Source: Myxococcota bacterium (GTDB taxonomy: Bacteria > Myxococcota_A > SURF-8). From it: a DNA stretch of 64,000 nt. Location: the NCBI GenBank assembly GCA_965140415.1, contig OZ223209.1, positions 864,001-928,000 on the forward strand, read 5' to 3'. Position numbers and translations under genes: made by a program. Below are positions 23,147 through 34,668 of this stretch, piece after piece. Every line of letters begins with the position of its first letter. The first letter of the stretch is position 1. Under the pieces are notes generated by a model. The model was given only the letters and a program-made list of their open reading frames with translations. It searched no databases and was not told the origin of the DNA.

Positions 23147-26100
23147 GTGATTCGTCTGGATGAAGCTTCAATCTACCGAAAACTGGGAATTAAAAAAGCC
23201 TTTGTTTTTATCCTGCTCTTTCTGTCATTTTGTATGATCCCAACTGCTGCACAGGCAGAATCCAAGAACATCTTGATTTTGCATTCCTATCACAAAGGTC
23301 TTTCCTGGACGGACAGCCTGTCCAGTGGTTTGGCCGAAGGTCTGTCCGAAAGATCGGATTTGGTCATTCACAACGAATACCTGGACTCCAAGCGCTATCC
23401 ACAAGTCGATCAAATGGAAACGATGGCTCGTTTTCTTAAATCCAAATACCGGGACATTCGTATCGATATCCTGGTTCTGGTCGACAATAATGCATTGACG
23501 TTTATATTGGAGCGGCGTTCCACACTTTTCCCGAACGTACCGATTGTTTTTGCCGGTATCAATGGTTTTTCTGACGGCATGATTGCCGGTCAGAAAAATA
23601 TAACAGGGGTACTGGATGAAACGGAAGGTTTGGAAACCCTAAAAATCGCTTTGCAGTTACACCCACAAGCGAAAGCGATTCATGTTATCCACGATCGAAC
23701 CGTCACCGCTCTTTTGGAACGCAAGCGACTTCAGAATCAACTCGCCGAATCTCCGCTGGACAAGCCGATTCGTTATTATAGCAACATGGACACTTCTGCC
23801 CTGTTGCAAGAGGTCAAGCGAATTCCAGCATCGGATATCGTTCTTCTCATTGCCTGGAACCGAGATAAACTTGGGCACTATTATGATTATGAAGCAAGCT
23901 CGGAATTGATAACCAAGGCAAGCCAGGCCCCGGTTTTTGCTCTTTGGGACTTCTATTTAAATTATGGTGTCGTCGGCGGAAAGATGGTTCACGCCAGAAC
24001 TCAGGGGCTATCAGCCGCCAAGCTTATCCTACGAGTTTTGGAGGGACAATCCGCCTCTTCCCTGCCGATTATTCGGGATAACCAAAATCGCTTGCTGTTT
24101 GATTTCAGACAACTCCTCCTGTTTGGCATTGATAAAAAGCTGCTTCCAAAAGGCAGCATGGTTTTGTTCGATCCCATGGACTATGACCCGACGAAAATGC
24201 AGGATCATCCGTCTACCTACCGAATCGGCGTACTGGCCAATCGGGGCGAAACCGATTGTCTGAAACGATGGCATGCTACTGCGGACTATTTATCCAGGAA
24301 CATCAAAAACTCACATTTCAAGATCGTTCCTTTGGATTTTGACGATTTACTCACTGCGGTAAAGGATCGTACGATTGACTTTGTTTTAACGAATCCCGTT
24401 CATTATATCGAACTGGAATATGAATACGGCATTCGACGTATCACAACCATCGTCAGTCAAATGGGGGACACACAAACCGTCTTTTTTGGTGGAGTGATTT
24501 TCACCCGGTCGGATATGGCCAATCTTTTTGAACTTAAAGATTTAGTCGGGAAACAATTTGCAGCTGTAGATGCCTCCTCCCTGGGAGGATGGCTTGCGGC
24601 AAAAGTTGAATTGAAGCAAAACGGCATCGATGCAGAAAAAGACTTTAAGACTTTATCCTTCGGCGGTTCACATTATGCAGTAGTGAATGCCGTACTTGGC
24701 GGGGAGGCGGATGCGGGTACCGTCCGAACGGACACGCTGGAACGTATGGCGAAAGTTGGCAAGATTCAAATGTCGGACATACGCGTCCTAAATCCTAAAA
24801 GCCACATGACATTTCCATTTGTTCATTCTACAGCACTTTATCCGGAATGGCCGTTTGCCGCACTTTCACATGTTCCACTAAAGATCATGTCCCTTGTTGC
24901 TGCCGCACTGATGAATATCGATAGCAACGACAAAGCCGCGACAGATGCCCAAATTGCAGGTTGGACTGCACCATTGCATTACGAGAGCGTAAGCTCATTA
25001 CTTAGGAATGTCCGCTATGGACCATTTCGCGATTATGGCAAAGTCTCGATGTGGGAGGTGATCAAGCAAAATTGGTTAGCCGGAGTGTTTGCGATTGCCT
25101 TGTTGATGATTCTTCTTGTTTTCTCGATTCGCTTGACCATTTCGAATCGAAATCTGATGCATACCACGGATGAATTGAAGACAAGCCGTGAGCAGTTCAT
25201 GCTTGCGGTAAATGGATCGCAAGATGGAATCTGGGATTTGGATCTTCGTACAGATGTCTTGTTTCTTTCCAGCAAATGGAAAGAGATGCTTGGGTATCGC
25301 GACGACGAATTGGCCAATCTGTATAAATCCTTACTTGATAATATTCATCCGGATGACATAAAGCCCTTTAACGAAAATCTGGATGACTATCTAAGAGGAA
25401 AAAAAGATCGATATTCCATTGAATTTCGGATGAAGCACAAAGATGGTCACTATGTGGACATTCACTCGCGCGGAGAGGCGATTCGCGACGAAGAGGGACG
25501 CCCATATCGAATGGCAGGGTCGCATACGGACATCTCCGAGCGTAAAAAGGCAGAAAAGGCGCTTGAGGAAAATGAAGCCCGCCTTGCCGCCATTACCAAT
25601 GCCGCTCAAGATGCCATTATCATGATCGATACCGATGGGAACGTCGCCTTTTGGAATCCATCTGCGGAAAGTATTCTGGGTTACAGAGCAGAGGAAATGA
25701 TCGGTAAGAATTTTCATGAAATCATCGCGCCCAAGAAATACCTTGCGGCTCACCATTCTGCATTTCAAAAATTCAAGAAGTCCGGTCAAGGAGATGCAGT
25801 AGGAAAAACACTGGAACTGGAAGCCATTCGGAATGATGGAAAGGAAATCTCCGTTTCGTTATCGCTTTCATCCGTGTTGATTGAAGACCAATGGCATGCA
25901 ATCGGCCTAATTCGGGATATTTCGGATCAGAAGCGCGCTCAAGCGCAATTGTTAGAGACGAATCGCCAATTGGAAAACGCCAATATTGAGGCCCATGAAT
26001 TGGCAATGAAAGCTGAAGTGGCCAATACGGCAAAGAGCCAGTTCCTTGCGAACATGAGCCACGAAATCCGTACACCAATGAATGCCGTTGTGGGTATGGC

Positions 26101-27997
26101 GGACTTGTTACTGGATATGGATCTTTCGCAACGGCAGCAGGAATACGTTTCGGTAATCGCGAAAAGCGCGGATTCGCTTTTAAGCCTGATCAATGACATC
26201 CTGGATTACTCCAAAATCGAGGCCGATCGGCTGGACATCGAAGAAATCGAATTCAACTTGAGAACCTTGGTAGAGGATATTAGTGATATTGTTGCCATTA
26301 GAGCCTATGAGAAGCGGCTGGAATTTGTTAGCTTCCTGCCGCCAGAAGTTCCAACCCGATTGATTGGAGATCCTGGGCGACTTCGGCAGATTCTTACAAA
26401 TCTGGCCAACAATGCGGTAAAATTCACGAATGAGGGAGAGGTCTCCATTCATGTTCGTGCGGTAGAACAAAACGATCCAAATGTCCTGCTTCGGTTTGAC
26501 ATTCGCGATACCGGCATTGGCCTGTCTCTCTCGGAAAAGGAAAAGTTGTTCCAGCCGTTTACTCAGGCGGATTCTTCTACCACGCGACGTTTTGGTGGGA
26601 CGGGGCTTGGTCTTTCGATCTCCAAGCGGTTATCCGAATTGATGGGAGGAGAAATCGGGGTGGATAGCCAACCTGGCCATGGCTCAACGTTCTGGTTTAC
26701 CGTGCGCATGAAAATGCAAGCGGATCAGCCTCCTGATAAAATGGAACAACTTCCAGGCGACATTCGATCGGTTCGTATTCTCGGAGTTGACGACAACGAT
26801 TCCAATCGTATGGTGCTACAAGCGATGCTGGAATCCTGGGATTGTCGATTTGAGATCGTAGAAAACGGTACAGAAGCGCTGCGTCGTTTGGAAGAAGCTC
26901 AACTGAAAAACGATCCTTATGGGATCGTCTTGCTGGACATGGCAATGCCCGATGTGGATGGCGCGGAGATCGGAAGAACTATTCGCAATTCCACGAATAT
27001 GGGAAATCCCATCCTCGTAATGTTGACTTCAGTGGGGCGCAAAGGGGATGCTGCGATATTGAAAGACATCGGATTCAATGCGTACCTTACCAAACCCATT
27101 AAGCGCTCCCAGTTGTTTGATTGCCTAGTGACAGCTATCAGTGAAAACAATATAGATGGAAAACAGCCAAAGACAGACAAACTCATCACGCGGCATTCTT
27201 TGGCCGAAAAGAAAACGTATGAGATGAAGGCGCTGTTGGTGGAGGATAACCCATTCAATCAAATGGTTGCACAGGAAATTCTTGGGAAAATGGGGTTCAC
27301 TGTGTCTACAGCGGATAATGGGAAGATCGCGGTCGAACGACTTTGCAACAACCGTTTCGATTTAGTATTCATGGATATGCAAATGCCGGAAATGGATGGG
27401 CTGGAAGCAACTCGTCTGATCCGTTCGGAGGCTTCCTCTGTTCTGCAACATGATATTCCAATTATCGCGATGACCGCCAATGCAATGAAAGGCGATAGGG
27501 AAGCTTGCATGGAAGCTGGCATGGATGACTATCTCTCCAAACCGATTAATAAAGGAGAGCTTAAGCATATTATCAATAAAGTCATAGAGAAAACGAAACG
27601 GGCCCACAAGCAGCCTAATGGATTAAACCAAGAGAATACCTCTCTGGTAGAAGATTCGTTGTTTGACGAAAGTGCTTTGTTGGAGCGTTTAAGTGGGGAT
27701 GAGGAATTGATGCGAACAATCTTGACGGCTTTTGTTGAAGATGTGGGCGCTCAGATTCAGAAATTGAAAGATCTATTCGAAACGACTGATTTGGTAGCGA
27801 TTAAACGCCAGGCTCATTCGATCAAAGGTGCCGCCGGCAATGCAGGTGCGATGGCGCTCTACGAAATGGCACTGAAAATCGAAAATTACATGAAGGATGG
27901 CGACAGCGATAAAGCCTATGAATCTTTTAATGGGCTGACAAATGAATTCGAACTTGTGGTTCACCTTTTAGAAAAGAAAGGCTGGATCAATGCTTGA
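23147..27997 (+). CDS. Hybrid sensor histidine kinase: ABC-type and phosphonate-type substrate-binding sensor domains, TM, 2 PAS, HisKA/HATPase, 2 REC, Hpt
   Basis: [68 protein letters not shown]. Confidence 0.93.
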   Translation: MIRLDEASIYRKLGIKKAFVFILLFLSFCMIPTAAQAESKNILILHSYHKGLSWTDSLSSGLAEGLSERSDLVIHNEYLDSKRYPQVDQMETMARFLKSKYRDIRIDILVLVDNNALTFILERRSTLFPNVPIVFAGINGFSDGMIAGQKNITGVLDETEGLETLKIALQLHPQAKAIHVIHDRTVTALLERKRLQNQLAESPLDKPIRYYSNMDTSALLQEVKRIPASDIVLLIAWNRDKLGHYYDYEASSELITKASQAPVFALWDFYLNYGVVGGKMVHARTQGLSAAKLILRVLEGQSASSLPIIRDNQNRLLFDFRQLLLFGIDKKLLPKGSMVLFDPMDYDPTKMQDHPSTYRIGVLANRGETDCLKRWHATADYLSRNIKNSHFKIVPLDFDDLLTAVKDRTIDFVLTNPVHYIELEYEYGIRRITTIVSQMGDTQTVFFGGVIFTRSDMANLFELKDLVGKQFAAVDASSLGGWLAAKVELKQNGIDAEKDFKTLSFGGSHYAVVNAVLGGEADAGTVRTDTLERMAKVGKIQMSDIRVLNPKSHMTFPFVHSTALYPEWPFAALSHVPLKIMSLVAAALMNIDSNDKAATDAQIAGWTAPLHYESVSSLLRNVRYGPFRDYGKVSMWEVIKQNWLAGVFAIALLMILLVFSIRLTISNRNLMHTTDELKTSREQFMLAVNGSQDGIWDLDLRTDVLFLSSKWKEMLGYRDDELANLYKSLLDNIHPDDIKPFNENLDDYLRGKKDRYSIEFRMKHKDGHYVDIHSRGEAIRDEEGRPYRMAGSHTDISERKKAEKALEENEARLAAITNAAQDAIIMIDTDGNVAFWNPSAESILGYRAEEMIGKNFHEIIAPKKYLAAHHSAFQKFKKSGQGDAVGKTLELEAIRNDGKEISVSLSLSSVLIEDQWHAIGLIRDISDQKRAQAQLLETNRQLENANIEAHELAMKAEVANTAKSQFLANMSHEIRTPMNAVVGMADLLLDMDLSQRQQEYVSVIAKSADSLLSLINDILDYSKIEADRLDIEEIEFNLRTLVEDISDIVAIRAYEKRLEFVSFLPPEVPTRLIGDPGRLRQILTNLANNAVKFTNEGEVSIHVRAVEQNDPNVLLRFDIRDTGIGLSLSEKEKLFQPFTQADSSTTRRFGGTGLGLSISKRLSELMGGEIGVDSQPGHGSTFWFTVRMKMQADQPPDKMEQLPGDIRSVRILGVDDNDSNRMVLQAMLESWDCRFEIVENGTEALRRLEEAQLKNDPYGIVLLDMAMPDVDGAEIGRTIRNSTNMGNPILVMLTSVGRKGDAAILKDIGFNAYLTKPIKRSQLFDCLVTAISENNIDGKQPKTDKLITRHSLAEKKTYEMKALLVEDNPFNQMVAQEILGKMGFTVSTADNGKIAVERLCNNRFDLVFMDMQMPEMDGLEATRLIRSEASSVLQHDIPIIAMTANAMKGDREACMEAGMDDYLSKPINKGELKHIINKVIEKTKRAHKQPNGLNQENTSLVEDSLFDESALLERLSGDEELMRTILTAFVEDVGAQIQKLKDLFETTDLVAIKRQAHSIKGAAGNAGAMALYEMALKIENYMKDGDSDKAYESFNGLTNEFELVVHLLEKKGWINA

Positions 27998-28934
27998 CAA
28001 CAAAGCAGATCGATTGGAAATCGTCATAGCGGAAGATGACCTCACGTCTCGTATGGTCATGGAAGGATTCGTCGCCAAACTGGGTTACAAAGCGCTTCTG
28101 GCTGAAAACGGCATGCAGGCTTTGCAGATATTGCAGCAACCCGATGCCCCGATGCTGGCGTTGATCGACTGGGAAATGCCGGAAATGGACGGCTTGGAAG
28201 TGATCAAGACACTTCGTTCCGACAATGATGATTTGTTTCGATATTTGATTATGTTGACAGGTAAAAGCGCCCGAGATGAAATCATCGAAGGCATCAGGCA
28301 AGGTGCGGATGATTACATTACCAAGCCATTTGACAGCAAGGAACTGGAAGTTCGCATTCGTGCCGGGCAGCGGATAGTCGATCTGCAAAGGCAACTGCTC
28401 GATGCCAATAGAAAACTTGATGAATTGGCACAAACGGATGAGCTTACCGGTTTTTACAATCGTCTTGCCTTGCATCGCAATTTAAAGCGTCAATTTGAAG
28501 AGACGGAGTATTCTCCACCTCCTGCCACTTTCATTATGGTCGATATCGATCATTTTAAAAGGGTTAATGACAATTTCGGTCATGATGCCGGGGATGCTGT
28601 CTTGAAGCAATTCTCCAAGCGGGTAAAGAAACTTCTTCGCATAGGAGACATCGTTTGCCGAATGGGCGGGGAAGAGTTTTTGATCATTGCCCCCGAAACC
28701 GATGAAACAATGGGAGAAAAGGTTGCACAGCGTGTGCTCCTTACTACAGGTGAAACTCCATATGAGCTTTCCGATGGACAGCGAATTACTGTAACCTGTA
28801 GTCTGGGCGTTTATACGGCTAGTGTCAGTCACACTAATGAGAATTTCGATGAACAGATCAAGAAGGCAGATGCTGCTTTATATCAATCGAAAGAAAACGG
28901 TCGAAATCGTGTAACCGTGTATCAGGAATCTTAA
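27990..28934 (+). CDS. REC-GGDEF diguanylate cyclase
   Basis: AEDD..IDWEMP..K receiver; DIDHFKRVND.FGH..GD; RIGD I-site and GGEEF. Confidence 0.94.
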   Translation: MLDNKADRLEIVIAEDDLTSRMVMEGFVAKLGYKALLAENGMQALQILQQPDAPMLALIDWEMPEMDGLEVIKTLRSDNDDLFRYLIMLTGKSARDEIIEGIRQGADDYITKPFDSKELEVRIRAGQRIVDLQRQLLDANRKLDELAQTDELTGFYNRLALHRNLKRQFEETEYSPPPATFIMVDIDHFKRVNDNFGHDAGDAVLKQFSKRVKKLLRIGDIVCRMGGEEFLIIAPETDETMGEKVAQRVLLTTGETPYELSDGQRITVTCSLGVYTASVSHTNENFDEQIKKADAALYQSKENGRNRVTVYQES

Positions 28935-28948
28935 GTTCGGAAAGTACT

Positions 28949-31900
28949 ATGTCAGTAACCAATGAGGTCAAGGCACATATTGTCATTGTAAATGATACTC
29001 CCTTCCAGCTAAGAATGATGCGTTCCATTCTTGAAAAGGAAGGGTATGCCGTCGATTGCTTCGAAAGCGCAGAAGAAGCGCTTGCGCAAATGACGAAGCC
29101 AAGTGACAACGTACCGCATTTGATCGTCACGGATCTCCATATGCCTGGTATCGATGGCTGGCGCTTTTGCCGATTGTTGCGCTCGCCGGAATATAGGCAT
29201 TTAAACGAAGTTCCGATTCTTATTAATTCGGCTACATTCGCCGGAGAAGATACGAAGACGATTTCCGATCAAGCTGGAGCAAACGCTTTTCTGGGATCTC
29301 CCTATAAGGCTGACGATCTGCTACGCTTCGTTCGGGAACTTATTTCTGGAGGAACGCCGTTTATCAAGTCTCGGTTACTGATCGTGGAAGACAGTAAATC
29401 GCTGGCGAACAATCTAGGGCGTGTGTTGAATGAAGTCGGTTTCGATATTCAAGTCGCTTATGATGGAGACAGCGCTCGTAAAATGTTCAAGGCTCACAAG
29501 CCGGAAACGGTGATACTGGATCATCACCTTCCAGATTCCACTGGTATGCAACTGTTGCAGGAATTCGAAGTTGTCAATCCGTTGGCGGTATATATCATGG
29601 TTACGGGGGATGAAGAACCGGAACTGGCGGTACAAGCCATGAAACTGGGGGCCAGCGCCTTCGTTCGCAAGCCCTGTTCTCACGATTACCTGATTGAGAT
29701 CATACGCAAGGCACATCGGGAAAACAGCCTGTTGGCAGTAGAACGTTTACTAGAAAAACGTACCCAGACTTTATTGGAACAAGAACGCAGGCACAAAGCT
29801 GCCATGGATGCCGCTCACGAAGGCTTTTGCATTTCAGTCGATGCACAACTTCGCTACGTTAATCCCGCGTTTTCACAAATGATAGGCCACCCAATTGAGC
29901 AAGTGATCGGTACAAGTCTATTCGATTATGTGGAGGAAGGGGACCGGGCTGAATTAATGGAAGTCTATCGTTCCTACCAGCGCGGAGATAGGTCGATCAA
30001 ATTACAGCGAGTTCGCTTGAAGACAAACCAGAACGACCATTGTCTTGTCGAAGCATCCGGCAGCCGAATTTATTATGAAGGTGAGCAAGCGCTTTTATGC
30101 GTCGTACGGGACATAACCGAGACTCATCGAATGCGCCAGGAAATGGAACATTCTCTGCGCGAAAACGAGCAACGCTTTCGCTTGGCGGCGGAAAGCAGTT
30201 CGGATGTGGTTTATGAATGGAATTATCAAACCGGGAAACTTTCCTGGTTCGGTGATTTACAGAAACTTCTGAATATAGAAAAGCTACCTGAAAGGATAGA
30301 AGAGTTATCCGGATTCATCCACCCTGAAGATCGAGAAAGGATAATCAGTACAACGAGAGCAGGTATTGCAAACCATACTCGCTGGCAAGAAGAATACCGT
30401 ATCATCGATGGCACAGGAGCTATTCGCTATTGGTATGCAACCGGGAAAGGATTTTATTCGTCGTCGGGAGACATGCAACTTGTTATCGGTAGCGTACAAG
30501 ACATTACGGAAAGGAAACGGATAGAAGAGGATCTCCGTTTCAAATCTCTGGTACTCGATCAGATTACGGATCATGTTACAGTTACCGACTTAAATGGCAT
30601 CATCACGTATGTCAATCAAGCTCAATTAGAGCTTTTTGGAAAATCCGAAGAACAGATGATCGGACAATCCATCCATAGTTTCGGAGAAGATCCGAATTGT
30701 GGCGCGACTCAACGAGAAATTGTCGACCAAACCAAACAAAACGGCCACTGGCGCGGCGAAGTGGTTAATTACTCCAATGATGGAGAAGCGCACATTATGG
30801 ATTGCCGTACACAGTTGGTTCATGACAAACAAGGCAGACCGATCGCGCTTTGCGGAATTGCGACCGATATTACGGAAAGTAGGAAAATCACATCTGCTTT
30901 ACAGGAAAGCGAAAGTCGTTATAGGCTGGTTGCCGAGAATGCCAGCGATAATATCTGGATTCTCTCGCTGGAATCGATGTGTTTCACCTATATCAGTCCA
31001 TCCATTGAAAAACTTTTCGGCCATTCCATTGAGTATGCAATTGAAACCCCATTAGAAGGGCACATGACGCCGGAATCATATGAAATCATTGTAAATGCCC
31101 TGGCGGAAGAGTTGGCCAGGGACAACGATCTTACCTTGGAGCGGGATCGCTCTCGCGTGTTTGAGTTGGAACAGTACGTTCATGATGGAGGAACGATCTG
31201 GACGGAGGTGACGGCATCCTTTGTTCGAGATGACGACGGGAATCCTATCAGTGTGTTGGGCATTACTCGAGACATCAGTGACCGGAAGCGCGCTCAGGAT
31301 GCCCTGAGTCAAAGCGAACAGAAATTCCGATCCATTGCCGAGCAATCCTCGGATTTGATTGCCCTGCTCGGTCAGGAGGGACAAATCCTATATGCTTCTC
31401 CAATCTCCACAAGTATGTTTGGGATTGAACCGGAAGACATGATTGGACTGCACTATAGTCTGTTTTTGCTGGACCAGGATATTGCATTGGCGGCTGCCGC
31501 TTTAGAAGACACAATTCTTAAGCGCCAAAGAATCAAGAGTTTGGAACTTAGGATGAAGCGAAAGGACGGTAGTTCCTTTTTCGGAGAGGTCAATAGTTCT
31601 CCGCATAAAACAGGCGATCAAATTGGATCGCTCATCATGATTCGGGACATCAGTGAACGCAAAGCTGCGGAGAAGGAGAGGGAACGTCTGGAACAACAGC
31701 TAATGCAGTCGCTGAAAATGGAAGCGATCGGGCGCCTTGCCGGCGGCGTCGCCCATGACTTCAATAATCTCCTTACCGGGATATCCGGTCATGCTTCTCT
31801 GGCGATGATGAGCTATTCCGACATACCGGATCTTATGGACTCATTACAGGAAATTAGCGAAGCGACCAATCGAGCAGCGGGATTGACGCGCCAACTTCTG

Positions 31901-32851
31901 GCCTTTAGCCGAAAGCAGATTCTGGAACCTAAAGTGATCAGTATCAATCGACTGATCGAAGACTTGCTGAAAATGCTGGTTCGTTTGATTGGAGAAGATA
32001 TTTCCTTCGTGTTTACACCGAAACGAAATCTGCCGCGCGTTCTTGCGGACCCTGGACAGATCGAACAGGTCGTAATCAACCTTTGTGTCAATGCACGCGA
32101 CGCCATGCCGGATGGCGGAGTCCTGACGATCGAGACCGCGAATGTGGAGCTGAATGAAAGCTATTGCGAACACCATCAATATGTTTCGCCCGGAAGCTAT
32201 GTCATGTTGATTGTCAGCGACACCGGAATCGGAATGGATGAAACAACGAAGCAACGAATATTCGAACCGTTTTTCACCACCAAGCCTAAAGATCGAGGAA
32301 CCGGCCTGGGACTGGCTACGATTTACGGTATTGTGAAGCAGCATGAAGGTCATGTTGAAGTTTATTCAGAACCTGGTGAAGGAACCTGTTTTAGAGTCTA
32401 TCTACCTCAGACGGAGAAGTTGGAAGAAACGCCCGCGCAGAAACTTTCTGCCGAACTTCCGGGTGGGACGGAAAGCATTTTGCTGGTAGAGGATGAGACT
32501 GTCGTGCGTTCGATTGCAGCAAAGATGTTGAAGCGCTTGGGATATACCGTATTGGAGGCGGCATCGGGTGCGGAGGCCAGAATCATTTCGGACGAACTCA
32601 CTCAAAAAATCGATTTACTGATGACCGATGTGGTGATGCCGGGAGAAAATGGACACGAACTCGCCCTGTATATCTTGCAGACGCGTCCAAGGGTAAAGGT
32701 GCTGTATACCTCGGGTTATACGGAAGACACCATTGCGCACCACGGTGTGTTGGATAAGGGGCTTCAGTTTCTTGGCAAGCCGTTCACTCCTAAACTGCTC
32801 GCCAAAAAGATCAGAGAAGTTCTGGATAACGGATCATCGTTGGATACCTGA
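28949..32851 (+). CDS. Cytoplasmic hybrid histidine kinase REC-REC-PASx5-HisKA-HATPase-REC
   Basis: TDLHMP and LDHHLP receivers; five PAS/PAC units ending RDIT/QDIT/TDIT/RDIS; AGGVAHDFNNLL; EPFFTTK..GTGLGL; TDVVMP. Confidence 0.93.
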   Translation: MSVTNEVKAHIVIVNDTPFQLRMMRSILEKEGYAVDCFESAEEALAQMTKPSDNVPHLIVTDLHMPGIDGWRFCRLLRSPEYRHLNEVPILINSATFAGEDTKTISDQAGANAFLGSPYKADDLLRFVRELISGGTPFIKSRLLIVEDSKSLANNLGRVLNEVGFDIQVAYDGDSARKMFKAHKPETVILDHHLPDSTGMQLLQEFEVVNPLAVYIMVTGDEEPELAVQAMKLGASAFVRKPCSHDYLIEIIRKAHRENSLLAVERLLEKRTQTLLEQERRHKAAMDAAHEGFCISVDAQLRYVNPAFSQMIGHPIEQVIGTSLFDYVEEGDRAELMEVYRSYQRGDRSIKLQRVRLKTNQNDHCLVEASGSRIYYEGEQALLCVVRDITETHRMRQEMEHSLRENEQRFRLAAESSSDVVYEWNYQTGKLSWFGDLQKLLNIEKLPERIEELSGFIHPEDRERIISTTRAGIANHTRWQEEYRIIDGTGAIRYWYATGKGFYSSSGDMQLVIGSVQDITERKRIEEDLRFKSLVLDQITDHVTVTDLNGIITYVNQAQLELFGKSEEQMIGQSIHSFGEDPNCGATQREIVDQTKQNGHWRGEVVNYSNDGEAHIMDCRTQLVHDKQGRPIALCGIATDITESRKITSALQESESRYRLVAENASDNIWILSLESMCFTYISPSIEKLFGHSIEYAIETPLEGHMTPESYEIIVNALAEELARDNDLTLERDRSRVFELEQYVHDGGTIWTEVTASFVRDDDGNPISVLGITRDISDRKRAQDALSQSEQKFRSIAEQSSDLIALLGQEGQILYASPISTSMFGIEPEDMIGLHYSLFLLDQDIALAAAALEDTILKRQRIKSLELRMKRKDGSSFFGEVNSSPHKTGDQIGSLIMIRDISERKAAEKERERLEQQLMQSLKMEAIGRLAGGVAHDFNNLLTGISGHASLAMMSYSDIPDLMDSLQEISEATNRAAGLTRQLLAFSRKQILEPKVISINRLIEDLLKMLVRLIGEDISFVFTPKRNLPRVLADPGQIEQVVINLCVNARDAMPDGGVLTIETANVELNESYCEHHQYVSPGSYVMLIVSDTGIGMDETTKQRIFEPFFTTKPKDRGTGLGLATIYGIVKQHEGHVEVYSEPGEGTCFRVYLPQTEKLEETPAQKLSAELPGGTESILLVEDETVVRSIAAKMLKRLGYTVLEAASGAEARIISDELTQKIDLLMTDVVMPGENGHELALYILQTRPRVKVLYTSGYTEDTIAHHGVLDKGLQFLGKPFTPKLLAKKIREVLDNGSSLDT

Positions 32852-32958
32852 ATGAATTCCTTGTGTTCGCCTTGACCCTGTCCCTAAATGGTTTCTCTTT
32901 GTATGTGGGAATTGCCATGCTACACTATGTAAAATCTCAAGTTTATCGAGGGTGAGGC

Positions 32959-34071
32959 ATGGCAAGTCGGGAGCACATCGCACGTGCAGCAAAGGTTTTG
33001 GTCGAGCTGAGCGGACAGCTTCATGACTTGCGCGACTTTCACGAGTTTCCGGCGTTATTGCACCAATTTCTTAAAAAGCATATGCCGGTGGACTGGTTGT
33101 TCGTTGGGATTCCCAATCCTCGCAAAGACTGCCCTGCTGGATACGACTTTCTCGGTCATAATATCGATTTGACCAGTCCCTGGTGGGAGGAATACCCCAA
33201 GATCTGTCAGTATGATTATCTGCTGAAACAGATCTTGATTGTCCCGGAGCGCCATCTCGTTTACGATCGATTCATTCACGATTCTCGTAATGAAGAGCAC
33301 GAATTCATCAAGAGTCAGGCGAACCGCTATACCGACACCCAGTATTGCCTTGCCGCTTCACTACATAAAGCGCCAGGAGCTTTGATTTCTCTGAGTTTGC
33401 ATCGCACGGATAAAAAGCATCCCTTTTCCGAACAGGACCGTGAATTTCTCTCTGCCTTGTTGCCGTTGATGTCGATCGAAACCAAGAATTGGTTACTGTA
33501 CGCACAAAACAACCTGGTTAAGCAGTCCATCGAAGAACTACTGCACCAGCATCATGATGAAGCCATTATTCTCAACCACAATTTGAATGTTGTATATCAT
33601 GATGAGATATTCTTGTCGAAGCTGCAACCAGGTAAAGGCAAGCACAACACAGGCGACATGCCGATTTCGATTCTGCGCTGGATTCATGAAGAGATCGCCC
33701 CGCAGGAGCATTTACCTGCTTTGGGTGGCCCTTGGTATTTGAAACGCAGTTTAGCAAACCCCACCATCGAACTGGTTGCCCATCTGATAGGCAGCCGAGA
33801 TGGCGCTAAGCGCTACTTGCTTGTTACAAAGAATTCGGACCAGCGGGAATCGGATTTTAGTTCGCTTGCACGTATCGGGCTTACCGAGCGAGAGATTGAA
33901 ACACTGACCTATCTTCCTTTTGGATACACAAACTCACAAATCGCCGGAGCAATGAATCTTCGTGAGATCACGATAAAGAAGCATTTTCGTCATATTGGTA
34001 GGAAGCTGAAAGCGAAACGGAAAACGGAAATTCTTTCTAACGCATTGTTGCAAGTGCAGGAGTTGAAGTAG
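32959..34071 (+). CDS. LuxR-family transcriptional regulator with GAF-like N-terminus
   Basis: C-terminal GLTEREIETL...GYTNSQIA..M...TIKKH..HI.RKL; N-terminal LSLHR....FSEQDREFL. Confidence 0.85.
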   Translation: MASREHIARAAKVLVELSGQLHDLRDFHEFPALLHQFLKKHMPVDWLFVGIPNPRKDCPAGYDFLGHNIDLTSPWWEEYPKICQYDYLLKQILIVPERHLVYDRFIHDSRNEEHEFIKSQANRYTDTQYCLAASLHKAPGALISLSLHRTDKKHPFSEQDREFLSALLPLMSIETKNWLLYAQNNLVKQSIEELLHQHHDEAIILNHNLNVVYHDEIFLSKLQPGKGKHNTGDMPISILRWIHEEIAPQEHLPALGGPWYLKRSLANPTIELVAHLIGSRDGAKRYLLVTKNSDQRESDFSSLARIGLTEREIETLTYLPFGYTNSQIAGAMNLREITIKKHFRHIGRKLKAKRKTEILSNALLQVQELK

Positions 34072-34487
34072 AGCTGTTACGAGATTCCGATTGGATTCAC
34101 TTCGGCTAGCCGGAAATGTCTCCGCCGCCTACTGATCGGTCGTTTGCATCTTGTATGTAGACTCTGCCCATATGGGAACCGGTTACACCTATCATCGCTG
34201 TTTACCCCAATGCTAATGATTTAAATAAGGGTTCAGTCGAAAGGCACCCTGTCCAAAAAATCACGTTCAGAATCTTACAGGACGTAAAAATTTCTAGGTA
34301 GTACCCAAAAGGATAACTTACTCGCTGAAAAATATTGATAAAAACCAGTAAATACGGGTAGATAGGAGCGTGACAGATTAGGTCGTGTTTGTGGTGTGAA
34401 GTTTGGGGTGGTTAAGTTCTTGGGTCGGATGCTACGCTGCCAATGCCAGTTAAAATTATTTTCACATTGGGTTACGAGCAACCTGGT

Positions 34488-34557
34488 GTCATCCTGAGCG
34501 TTAGCGAAGGATCTATCTGAAATAATAAGAGATTCTTTGGCTGCGCCTCAGAATGAC
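34488..34557. repeat. GTC...GAC REP doublet
   Basis: GTCATCCTGAGCGTTAGCGAAGGATCT ... AGATTCTTTGGCTGCGCCTCAGAATGAC, an imperfect inverted pair. Confidence 0.75.
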
Positions 34558-34607
34558 GAGTCGCATTCGGTAAAAATGATTATGAGCCGAACGATGATCC
34601 TGAAATG

Positions 34608-34634
34608 AAAAAGACCGCGATTGCTCGCGGCCTT
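34608..34634 (-). terminator. Rho-independent terminator for the minus-strand lipoprotein gene
   Basis: Minus strand AAGGCCGCGA-GCAA-TCGCGGTCTTTTT, about 35 nt after the stop at 34669. Confidence 0.7.
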
Positions 34635-34668
34635 AACTGTCCAAATGGACGATTATCGTTTTAGAATG

